DNA of 59,567 nt from assembly GCA_045593145.1 (NCBI GenBank), contig JAZNWC010000013.1, forward strand, positions 1 through 59,567. Direction: 5' to 3'. The notes under the pieces were generated by a model. That model did no database searches, had not been told where the DNA came from, and worked only from the letters and a program-made list of their open reading frames with translations. Source of the DNA: Candidatus Nanosyncoccus sp. (GTDB lineage Bacteria; Patescibacteriota; Saccharimonadia; Saccharimonadales; Saccharimonadaceae). Within the stretch, counting starts at the first letter, position 1, and every line of letters starts with the position of its first letter. This document shows positions 1 to 9,400 of this stretch, piece after piece. A program made the translations under genes and the position numbers.

Positions 1-141
1 ACTAATGTTTTAGGTGTCACTACCACATATGAATATTATGTTCTGAATAAAGTTTTCAAGAAAGAAGAAGATAGGATCATCTTAGAAAACTATTATGAGT
101 TTAATTATTGTAAAGATATAAAAGCATCTAATTCAAAATAG
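1..141 (+). CDS. 3' end of an AT-rich hypothetical gene (partial, truncated by window)
   Basis: Frame +1 is open from base 1 (TNVLGVTTTYEYYVLNK...SNSK) to TAG at 139-141. Confidence 0.5.
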   Translation, partial: TNVLGVTTTYEYYVLNKVFKKEEDRIILENYYEFNYCKDIKASNSK

Positions 142-187
142 TCATAATACCGCCTAATGGCGCAACCTCAAAGAAACGAGGTGAACT

Positions 188-652
188 ATGTCAAAACGCC
201 AAACATTCAAGAAAGTAAAACCCGGCGAGCCAATACCGGTAACCGCTCGGCAACTTGAAAATTTCATGCTCGAACATAACGGCCGGTTCAACTCACGCGA
301 TTATGATAAGTTCGAGCGTATGGAACTAATGGAGTCGCCCGTTCGCGACGCGATCCACGAATTAAAGACCTATTCCCTAGAAACACTAGCACAGCGCTTT
401 GATGTGCGCCTTTTTGGGCGCGGCAAGCGCGTTTTTGCGAGGTTAGACGCCGAAGACGACAAATGGTACTACTTTTCCCTCGCATACATTCCACGCGCGC
501 TAAATAATCGCGACGTGAATAACGCGATAATTCAAATGTTCTTCATTGGCAAGTGGCGCGTCCATAAGCTTTCGCTTTGGGCCGAGCCGGAAGATATTAA
601 CCACTACGGCAACGATTCTAACAAAACATTCTATCATTTAGTCAATAGATAG
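188..652 (+). CDS. hypothetical protein, 154 aa
   Basis: ORF with GAGGTG Shine-Dalgarno just upstream of ATG; no recognised motif. Confidence 0.7.
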   Translation: MSKRQTFKKVKPGEPIPVTARQLENFMLEHNGRFNSRDYDKFERMELMESPVRDAIHELKTYSLETLAQRFDVRLFGRGKRVFARLDAEDDKWYYFSLAYIPRALNNRDVNNAIIQMFFIGKWRVHKLSLWAEPEDINHYGNDSNKTFYHLVNR

Positions 653-775
653 CGTCCACTTGGACACAATCGGGTTTTGAAAGTTATTATGCAGAAAATA
701 GGGGTGGGATTTTTTCTTGACACGAAACGGTGAAATATTGTGGACTTTTAATCAAAATGATCATAAGATCTGATC

Positions 776-973
776 ATGAAATATACAATCACGATAGAAG
801 AAACCGTCGCTAAGGACTTCGAAATCGAAGCTAATAGCGCTGATGAAGCCTACGAAACGGCAGAACAGAAATACAAGGATGGCGAGTTCATCCTAGATCC
901 TGGCGAATGCCAGTTCAGACAAATCGCCATTACGAAACCGAGCGATGAAGCTACCGAGTGGCGAGAGTTCTGA
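776..973 (+). CDS. DpnD/PcfM-like small protein
   Basis: Pattern MKYTITIEETV..FEIEA.S.DEA...A...YK.GE.ILD resembles the DpnD/PcfM family. Confidence 0.7.
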   Translation: MKYTITIEETVAKDFEIEANSADEAYETAEQKYKDGEFILDPGECQFRQIAITKPSDEATEWREF

Positions 974-1065
974 TCCAAACAAAGAGATTGTAACAAGTTT
1001 GTGGAAAACATGGCATGATATGTGCCTTTTTCTCGTGGTAGCGACCATGTTTTAAGGTGTTCTTA

Positions 1066-1074
1066 TGGTATAAT
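1066..1074 (+). promoter_or_regulatory. Extended -10 promoter (TGGTATAAT) for the hsdM operon
   Basis: TGnTATAAT about 40 nt upstream of the hsdM ATG; GGAG SD present. Confidence 0.6.
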
Positions 1075-1114
1075 AGTAGGTAAGCTTTTATCATTTTAAC
1101 TCGGAGTTTACTTT

Positions 1115-2680
1115 ATGGCCGACACTAAAAAAGAACAGGAGCGCGCAGAATTACATCGTACTATTTGGAACATCGCCAACGACCTACGTGGTTCAGTAGA
1201 TGGCTGGGATTTCAAGCAGTACATTCTTGGCATGCTCTTTTATCGTTTTATTTCAGAAAACCTAACGAATTACATAAACGAAGGTGAGCATAAAGCCGGC
1301 AATACAAGCTTCGACTATGCCAATATCTCCGACGAACAGGCCGAAACGATTCGCGAAGAAATGGTAGATACCAAAGGTTTCTTCATTCTGCCAAGCCAAC
1401 TCTTTAAGAATGTTCGTAAGAACGCACGCAACGACGAAAACCTAAATGAAACACTTGAAAAAGCCCTAAACTCCATTGAAGACTCCGCTAAAGGTCATGA
1501 TTCCGAATATGACATGAAAGGTCTCTTTGACGACCTCGACGTCAACAGCAACAAACTCGGTAGCTCCGTAGCAAAGCGTAACGACCATCTTGTCCAGCTT
1601 ATGGACGGTGTTGGCGAGATGAAACTCGGTAATTACCAAGACAACACGATCGACGCGTTCGGCGACGCTTACGAGTTCCTCATGGGCATGTACGCATCAA
1701 GTGCCGGTAAATCTGGTGGCGAATTCTACACTCCGCAGGAAGTATCGGAACTTCTTACGAAGCTCGCAGTAATGGGCAAAACATCAGTAAACAAAGTTTA
1801 TGACCCGGCTTGTGGCTCGGGCTCACTTCTCCTTAAATTCGCAAAGATTCTCGGCCGCGATAACGTCCGCCAAGGCTTTTATGGCCAAGAGATTAACATC
1901 ACGACTTACAACCTTTGCCGCATCAACATGTTCCTCCACGATATCGACTACGATAAGTTCGATATCGCGCTCGGCGATACGCTCATAGATCCACAACATT
2001 GGGATGATGAGCCATTTGAGGCAATCGTATCCAATCCGCCATATTCAATTCACTGGGAAGGCGAAAGCAACCCAGTTCTCATTAACGACCAACGTTTCTC
2101 CCCTGCCGGCGTATTAGCACCGAAGTCGAAAGCCGACCTCGCATTTATCATGCACTCACTTAGCTGGCTCGCCACAAATGGCGCGGCCGCAATCGTTTGT
2201 TTCCCAGGCATCATGTATCGCGGTGGCGCTGAGCAAAAGATTCGCAAGTACTTAGTAGATAACAACTTCGTAGACACCGTCATTCAGCTACCAGACAACC
2301 TATTCTACGGCACGAGCATTGCGACCTGCATTATGGTACTCAGGAAGAATAAATCCGAGAACTCTACGTTATTCGTCGACGCAAGCAAAGAGTTTGTCAA
2401 AGTCACAAACAGCAACAAGCTTACCGATGCAAATATTGAGAGGATTCTCGAATGGGTTAAAGAGCGCAAAGACGTCGATCATCTCGTTCGCTTAGTACCA
2501 AACGACGAAGTAGCCGAACAAGGCTACAATCTTTCAGTTTCTACCTATGTCGAACCAGAAGACACTCGCGAAAAAGTAGATATCAAGAAGCTCAATGCCG
2601 AACTTAAAGAGATCGTCGCTCGCGAGAACGAACTCCGTCAGAAGATTAATAAAATAATCGAAGAAATCGAGGGCGATTAG
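1115..2680 (+). CDS. hsdM: Type I restriction-modification methyltransferase subunit M
   Basis: IANDLRGSVDGWDFKQY N-terminus, GEFYTP, DPACGSGSL SAM-binding motif, NPPY catalytic motif. Confidence 0.97.
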   Translation: MADTKKEQERAELHRTIWNIANDLRGSVDGWDFKQYILGMLFYRFISENLTNYINEGEHKAGNTSFDYANISDEQAETIREEMVDTKGFFILPSQLFKNVRKNARNDENLNETLEKALNSIEDSAKGHDSEYDMKGLFDDLDVNSNKLGSSVAKRNDHLVQLMDGVGEMKLGNYQDNTIDAFGDAYEFLMGMYASSAGKSGGEFYTPQEVSELLTKLAVMGKTSVNKVYDPACGSGSLLLKFAKILGRDNVRQGFYGQEINITTYNLCRINMFLHDIDYDKFDIALGDTLIDPQHWDDEPFEAIVSNPPYSIHWEGESNPVLINDQRFSPAGVLAPKSKADLAFIMHSLSWLATNGAAAIVCFPGIMYRGGAEQKIRKYLVDNNFVDTVIQLPDNLFYGTSIATCIMVLRKNKSENSTLFVDASKEFVKVTNSNKLTDANIERILEWVKERKDVDHLVRLVPNDEVAEQGYNLSVSTYVEPEDTREKVDIKKLNAELKEIVARENELRQKINKIIEEIEGD

Positions 2681-3372
2681 TGATGGATTGGCACAAAGTC
2701 CTAACGGACAAAGATTATTCAGAAGACAAAGCTTTCGAGCTTCTAACCTCACTATCTTACGATATAGAAAATGCACCACCACTCCCGCATCTAGTAGCAT
2801 CTTCTTCTACACCAGTTCTTTATGGTAAACATATGATGAAAAAGTATTTTAAACATGGCAAAAACATCGAGAGGCCGGACATTCAAAGTGAGGATCTTAA
2901 TTTGGGGATTGAAGTTACAAGATTAATTGACGAGAACCAAATGATAAGCCTAAAAACTATTGATGAAGTAGATAAGAAGACTAATGATCTCGAAGACTTC
3001 AAGCGAACCATAAAGAAAGCCGACAAGAAGGGGATTTTTGCAGGAAAAATCAGAGACGCGGGAGTTGGTAGGCTTATTGATTTTGATACTCGAAACATTT
3101 ATGAAATTATGGAGAAAAAAATTGCCGAAAAAATAAAGCTAATGTCGGAATATGAGTTTTTTGAAGAATACTGGCTGTTCATGTTCAGTTTCGCATATAT
3201 AGACGAAGCGAAATTGCTTTCCATAATCAATAAGGTACCAGACCATAATAAGTACAAAACATATATACTTGTTTCCGCGGCTAATAATGACGAAATGTGG
3301 TTTATTCATGAGCCCTATAACTCTATAGAAAAACATATTTCATTCTGGACTGGAGGTATCAGGAATGAATAA
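2680..3372 (+). CDS. hypothetical protein inside R-M operon, possible PD-(D/E)xK-fold nuclease
   Basis: Overlaps the hsdM stop and hsdS start (ATG at 2683 is an alternative start); contains ERPD...LGIEVT; more AT-rich than hsdM. Confidence 0.7.
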   Translation: MMDWHKVLTDKDYSEDKAFELLTSLSYDIENAPPLPHLVASSSTPVLYGKHMMKKYFKHGKNIERPDIQSEDLNLGIEVTRLIDENQMISLKTIDEVDKKTNDLEDFKRTIKKADKKGIFAGKIRDAGVGRLIDFDTRNIYEIMEKKIAEKIKLMSEYEFFEEYWLFMFSFAYIDEAKLLSIINKVPDHNKYKTYILVSAANNDEMWFIHEPYNSIEKHISFWTGGIRNE

Positions 3373-5185
3373 AATCGATGAATTGATTAAAGAAAAATGC
3401 CCAAATGGCGTTGAATATAAGACTCTAGAGCAACTAGAAGATTCCGGAGTAATTACCCTAGGTCGCGGAAAAGTAATTAGCAAAAAGGATATTCAGGATA
3501 ACCCTGGCGAATATCCCATATATTCAAGTTCTGCTGTCGGCTCTGGTTTACTAGGCACATACGGTGATTATATGTTTGAAGATGTGCGACTGTCGTGGAG
3601 TATTGATGGCGGCGGAAAATTCTTTTACCGTGACGCACCAAAATATTCAGTTACGAATGTTTGCGGCTGGCTAACCGTAAACAAACCAGAAATAATGGAT
3701 ATTAAATACCTCTATTTTGCGCTCACTAATGAGTGGAGTAAGAAAGTATTCGATTACGTACATAAGGCACATCCCAGTGTAATTCGCAAGGAATACACAA
3801 TTCCCGTACCGCCACTCGAGATTCAGCAAGAAATCGTCAGGATGTTAAACAGTTTTACGGAGCTGGAAGCGGAGCTGGAAGCGGAGCTCGCTAAGAGAAA
3901 ACAACAATACGAGCATTATCGTGACCATCTTCTCTCATTCGAAAATATAGCCGGCGAGGGGAGGCAAGTTGAATGGTTGCCACTTCGTGAATTGGCGGAT
4001 TTTAGAAATGGCAAAGGCCATGAGAAGAATATTGTGCCGGATGGGCAATTTATAGTCGTAAATTCAAAATATATCTCCACGGATGGAAAAGTGGCAAAAT
4101 ACACTGATTCTCAAATTTGCCCACTATTCAAAGATGACATCTGCCTAGTCATGAGCGATCTCCCTAACGGGAAAGCTCTCGCAAAGTGTAGACTAATCGA
4201 CGAAGATGACCGGTATTCGCTTAATCAGCGAATTGGAGCCTTTACCAACAAAGATAATGAGAAAGTAATAAATAAGTATTTATTTTACATTCTCAACCGC
4301 AATCCTCAACTTCTTCGTTACGACAACGGAACCGACCAGACTAACCTTAAAAAAGATGAGATTCTAGATATTTCAATTCCGGTTCCGTCAAAAAAGATTC
4401 AAGAGCGCATTGTTTACGTCCTAGATAATTTTGACGCCGTCTGTAACGATCTGAATATCGGACTCCCTGCCGAGATCGAAGCGCGTCAAAAGCAATACGA
4501 GTACTATCGTAATAGGCTCCTAAGATTCGACGTAGCTGTCGGCGGCAGCACCGAGAGAGAGAGAGAGAGAGAGAGAGGAGTAGCTAAGCTACGCCAGTAC
4601 ATCTTTGGTTGCACTCTAGTGCAACTAAATTTGGTTGCGGGATATTCGAAATCCAGGATATCGTCTAGCGAGCTTGATGGAAATACCTTTGTCGGAGTAG
4701 ACAATCTTCTTCAAAACAAGCTCGGTAAAACCACTTCCGAACATATACCAGAGAGTGGAAATTGGACAAAATATTCGCCAGAAGATATCTTGATTGGCAA
4801 TATTAGACCATATCTAAGAAAGATATGGTTCGCAAATAACACCGGTGGTGCAAGCGGCGACGTTCTCGTTATACGTAATGACTTCGAACAGCTCAATAGT
4901 AGGTATTTATATCATGTTTTGTCGTCAGAAAAGTTCTTTGAATACAATGATGGTAAGTCAAAGGGTTCAAAAATGCCACGAGGCGATAAAGCAGCTATAA
5001 TGGAGTATTCGTTTATAATTCCTACACTGGAAAAACAAAAAGAGATTGCCTCGACGCTAGACGAATTCGACAAGCTAACTAACGACATAGTGTCTGGTCT
5101 TCCTGCGGAGATCAAAGCACGCCATAAACAATACGAATATTACCGCGACAAACTGCTTACCTTTTCAGAAAATAGTGTCATCTGA
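3365..5185 (+). CDS. hsdS: Type I R-M specificity subunit with three TRD + conserved-region units (606 aa)
   Basis: Three conserved-region blocks (PPLEIQQEIV..KQQYEHYRDHLL; PSKKIQERIV..ARQKQYEYYRNRLL; PTLEKQKEIA..ARHKQYEYYRDKLL); GGAGG SD. Confidence 0.95.
   Translation: MNKIDELIKEKCPNGVEYKTLEQLEDSGVITLGRGKVISKKDIQDNPGEYPIYSSSAVGSGLLGTYGDYMFEDVRLSWSIDGGGKFFYRDAPKYSVTNVCGWLTVNKPEIMDIKYLYFALTNEWSKKVFDYVHKAHPSVIRKEYTIPVPPLEIQQEIVRMLNSFTELEAELEAELAKRKQQYEHYRDHLLSFENIAGEGRQVEWLPLRELADFRNGKGHEKNIVPDGQFIVVNSKYISTDGKVAKYTDSQICPLFKDDICLVMSDLPNGKALAKCRLIDEDDRYSLNQRIGAFTNKDNEKVINKYLFYILNRNPQLLRYDNGTDQTNLKKDEILDISIPVPSKKIQERIVYVLDNFDAVCNDLNIGLPAEIEARQKQYEYYRNRLLRFDVAVGGSTERERERERGVAKLRQYIFGCTLVQLNLVAGYSKSRISSSELDGNTFVGVDNLLQNKLGKTTSEHIPESGNWTKYSPEDILIGNIRPYLRKIWFANNTGGASGDVLVIRNDFEQLNSRYLYHVLSSEKFFEYNDGKSKGSKMPRGDKAAIMEYSFIIPTLEKQKEIASTLDEFDKLTNDIVSGLPAEIKARHKQYEYYRDKLLTFSENSVI
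3858..3888 (+). repeat. 12-bp tandem repeat (CGGAGCTGGAAG x2 + CGGAGCT) encoding ELEA ELEA EL in the hsdS spacer helix
   Basis: Read directly from the sequence. Confidence 0.9.
4553..4576 (+). repeat. (GA)12 simple sequence repeat within hsdS
   Basis: Read directly; encodes ERERERER between the second conserved region and third TRD. Confidence 0.95.
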
Positions 5186-5203
5186 CTATAATTCTTACGT
5201 TAA

Positions 5204-5278
5204 AAATCGTGGAAAAGTCTTGACAAACTTCCACGATTTATGATAAAATGTGGAAAAGTAAAAAGAAAGTTCCACGAT
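5204..5278 (+). promoter_or_regulatory. fic-hsdR promoter (TTGACA 5220-5225, TGATAAAAT 5241-5249) with two GTGGAA-N14-TTCCAC operators
   Basis: Half-sites at 5209-5214/5229-5234 and 5250-5255/5270-5275. Confidence 0.75.
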
Positions 5279-6439
5279 ATGAATAGTGTAGGAAAATACA
5301 TAAGTCAACCAGAGGGGTACAAGGCTTTTATCCCTGATCCTTTTCCACCAAAGGACAAGTTTGTTTTTAGTGATCAACTGATCAAAAAACATTCAGAAGC
5401 TATGCGCGTCCTCGGTAAACTCGACGGCATCACAGAGTTACTACCGGATAAAGATTGGTTCATCTTAATGTTTCTTAGGAAGGATGCATCGTCTTCAAGT
5501 CAAATCGAAGGAACGAACGCAACAATGATGGACTCGATTGAGAGGGAGAATGTCGAACCGAGCGTCGATCTTCCACAAGACGTTGATGATATTTTACACT
5601 ACATTAAAGCCTTAAACTACGGTCTAAAACGAATCGAGGAATTTCCATTTAGCCTAAGATTTATCAAGGAACTTCACGAAAAACTAATGCAGGGTGCAAG
5701 ATCAACACAGTTCTCTTACCCTGGAGAATTTCGCAAGAAACAAAACTGGATTAGTGGAACACGCCCAGATAACGCTAAATATGTTCCACCAACCGTTGTT
5801 GAAATGAAACGCTCACTTGGTGATTTAGAATTATTTATCAACTCCGACAAAGACGACTATCTACCACTAATAAAAACAGCACTCATTCACTCTCAGTTTG
5901 AGACCATTCACCCATTCAATGATGGAAATGGTAGAACCGGTCGTATGCTTGTTGCGATGTATTTATGGCAACAAAAGTTACTAGAATCGCCAGTTTTATA
6001 CTTGTCATCTTACTTTAAGAAATATCAAGAAGTTTATTACTCTCGGCTTAACGGTTACCATAATGGCGAAGTAGAAGAATGGGTTGACTTCTTCCTTGAT
6101 GGTGTAATTGAAATTGCTAATTCCGCCATCGTAACATGCGCAAAAATTACGAAACTACGCGAAAGAGATATGATGAAAGTTCAAAAACTCAATCGTGTGG
6201 CATCAGAAGCTACTCTCAAGATATTGACTGGATTATATAAAATGCCAGTCGTGGGTGTTTCCGATATTCAAAAATGGACCGGATATCAACAAAGCGGAGT
6301 ATATAAAGCAATCGATCGCATGAAAGACATGGGTATATTGGAGCCAATAAAAACTGGTGATAAGCCGTATGCACAAAAATGGGTATATAGAGAATATCTA
6401 AACTTATTCAGCGAAGAAGCGGAGGCAAAAAATGAGTAG
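5279..6439 (+). CDS. fic: Fic family protein (class II, SoFic-like) with C-terminal winged HTH
   Basis: HPFNDGNGRTGR catalytic loop; SSQIEG inhibitory motif N-terminal to it; HTH-like C-terminus; start placed at ATG 5279 because the promoter overlaps the longer ORF start. Confidence 0.92.
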   Translation: MNSVGKYISQPEGYKAFIPDPFPPKDKFVFSDQLIKKHSEAMRVLGKLDGITELLPDKDWFILMFLRKDASSSSQIEGTNATMMDSIERENVEPSVDLPQDVDDILHYIKALNYGLKRIEEFPFSLRFIKELHEKLMQGARSTQFSYPGEFRKKQNWISGTRPDNAKYVPPTVVEMKRSLGDLELFINSDKDDYLPLIKTALIHSQFETIHPFNDGNGRTGRMLVAMYLWQQKLLESPVLYLSSYFKKYQEVYYSRLNGYHNGEVEEWVDFFLDGVIEIANSAIVTCAKITKLRERDMMKVQKLNRVASEATLKILTGLYKMPVVGVSDIQKWTGYQQSGVYKAIDRMKDMGILEPIKTGDKPYAQKWVYREYLNLFSEEAEAKNE

Positions 6440-9400
6440 GTTTAATATGATTGCGGAAAGCGAAGTCTCTACAGTCCTCGCTGAATACAAACCTGATGAT
6501 AAGAAATACACGGCTTACCAGAGCGAAGCCGAGCTTGAACGCGAACTAATACAGAACTTGCAGGAGCAAGGATATGAATATCTGCAAATCCATAACGCTC
6601 ACGATCTTGAAGACAATTTACGAATTCAGCTTCAGAAACTAAACAATTACGTCTTTTCTGATAGCGAATGGCAACGATTCTTCTATGAAAATATCGTCGG
6701 TAATTCCGAAGGCGTTGTCGAGAAAACTCGCAAGATCCAAGAAAAAGATACCGCGATATCGTTCCGTGCAGAAGATGGCCATACGCAGAATATCCGCCTA
6801 CTCGATAAAAAGAATATTCATAACAATAGCTTACAAGTCATTAATCAATACGCCGTCAGTAAAGACGAAGGCGCAGAACACGATAATCGCTACGACGTCA
6901 CAATTCTCGTCAATGGTCTTCCCCTCGTTCATATCGAGCTAAAGCGACGCGGCGTAAGACTCCGCGAAGCTTTCAATCAAATCAAACGCTACTCACGCGA
7001 GAGTTTCTTTGCTGGTAGCGGTCTTTTTGAATACATTCAAATCTTCGTGATTTCCAACGGAACTCATACGAAATACTATTCAAATACGACGCGCGAAAGC
7101 CATATTAAAGAGCTTGGCGAAGCCGGCCGTAAGAAATCCAAGAAGACGAGCAACAGCTTTGAATTTACAAGCTACTGGACTGATGCGAAGAATAAGACTA
7201 TTCCGGATTTGGTAGACTTTACGAAAACATTCTTCTCAAAGCATACGATTCTAAATATTTTGACGCGCTACTGTGTATTCGATACTGACAATAAGTTACT
7301 TGTAATGCGCCCATATCAGATCGTAGCAACCGAAAGAATCATCAATCGCATAGAGACCTCAACTAACTACAAAAAACTCGGCACAACGGCCGCTGGTGGC
7401 TATATTTGGCACACTACCGGCTCGGGTAAGACGCTTACGAGTTTTAAAACCGCTCAGCTCGTAGCAAAAATGCCATATATCGATAAGGTTCTGTTCGTAG
7501 TAGATCGCAAAGACTTAGATTATCAGACAATGAAGGAATATGACCGCTTTGAAAAAGGCGCCGCAGATGGCAATACTTCAACGCGCGTCCTTCAGAAACA
7601 ACTCGAATCAGACAATTCGCGCATCATTGTCACGACAATCCAAAAACTTGGCGTATTCATTAAAAAGAACCCAGAACACGACGTATACAGCAAACACGTC
7701 GTAATCATCTTTGATGAGTGCCACCGCTCGCAGTTTGGCGATATGCATACCGCAATTGCAAAGGCTTTCAAGAACTATCACCTATTTGGCTTTACCGGCA
7801 CGCCTATTTTCGCGTCTAACGCCGGCAGTAGCGGTAATCCAATGCTTAGAACGACAGAACAAGCCTTTGGTGATAAGCTCCACACGTACACGATTGTAGA
7901 CGCCATTAATGACAAGAATGTGCTACCATTCCGCATTGACTATATCAATACCGTCAAAGAAAAAGACGATATAGCCGATAAACAAGTAAGTAGCATCGAC
8001 CGCGAACATGCATTGCTTAGTGACGAACGCGTTTCCATGGTCACTTCATACATTCTTGACCATTTCGACCAAAAGACAAAAAGAAACCAGTTCTATAGCT
8101 TTAATCGCACGATGAATATAGCTGATGTTGTAAGGTTTGGCGACTCAAAACGCGAAACATTACTTGGCAGAATGAATGGCTTTAACTCAATCTTTGCCGT
8201 CGCATCCATTCCAGCCGCAATGAAATACTATACCGAGTTCAAGAAACAGTTGGCCGAGAGAAATAGCTCGCTCAAAATCGCAACTATTTTTAGCTTTGCT
8301 GCAAATGAAGACGATCCAGAAGAGGGCTTTATCTTCGACGAAGATTTGGATGTCGCTGGAATGGACCAGTCGTCGCGCGACTTTCTAGAATCAGCTATTG
8401 CCGACTACAACAAAGATTTCAACACGAATTATGATACATCTTCTGATTCGTTCCAAAACTACTACAAAGACCTGTCGCTACGCGTAAAGAACCGCGAAGT
8501 AGATCTACTTATCGTCGTGAATATGTTCCTAACCGGCTTTGATGCTACGACGCTTAATACGCTCTGGGTAGATAAAGAATTAAAGATGCATGGCCTAGTT
8601 CAAGCATTCTCTCGCACAAATCGCATCCTCAACTCAGTCAAGCAATTCGGTAACATTATTTGTTTCCGTAACCTAGCCGAGAAAGTAGATGAAGCGATTG
8701 GCTTATTTGGCGACCGTGACGCAAGTGGTATTGTGCTCCTAAAGAGCTACGACGAATACTTCAATGGCTATGACGAAAATGGCGAACATAAAGTTGGTTA
8801 TACAGAATTAATCGCCGAACTTTCCGAAAAGTTCCCACTCGGAGAACGCATTGAAGGCGAACAAAACCAGAAAGACTTTATCAAGCTCTTTGGCAAGATC
8901 TTGAGGATGCGCAACATTCTTACTTCGTTTGATAGATTCGAACAAGAAGATATCTTATCGCCAAGGGATTTGCAAAACTATCAGAGCGAGTACCTCGACT
9001 TATATCAAGAACTTCGTCCATCCGGCCAGACTGAAAAAGAAGACGTAAACGACGATCTGGTATTCGAAATCGAACTTGTCCGCCAAGCCGAAGTTAACGT
9101 CGATTACATTCTCGCACTTGTCGCTAAATACCACGAATCCAACTGCGAGAACAAAGACATCCTTACAAGCATCGACAAGGCCGTCGACGCAAGCATCGAG
9201 CTTAGAAGCAAGAAGGAACTCATCCACGACTTCATCAATCTCTACTCTTTGCACGAGAATGGCGAGATTCACGACGCATGGCAACGCTTTATTAATGCCG
9301 AACGCGAAAATGAACTTACTAAGATTATCGAGGATAATAATCTAAATCCTGCGGAAACTAGAAGGCTTATTGCCAACTCATTCCGCGATGGCGTATTTAA

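Noticed and set aside
1005..1053. Inverted repeat AAAACATGG...CCATGTTTT upstream of hsdM
   Set aside because: Only 9 bp with a long spacer; it could be a terminator or operator but the evidence is too thin to call
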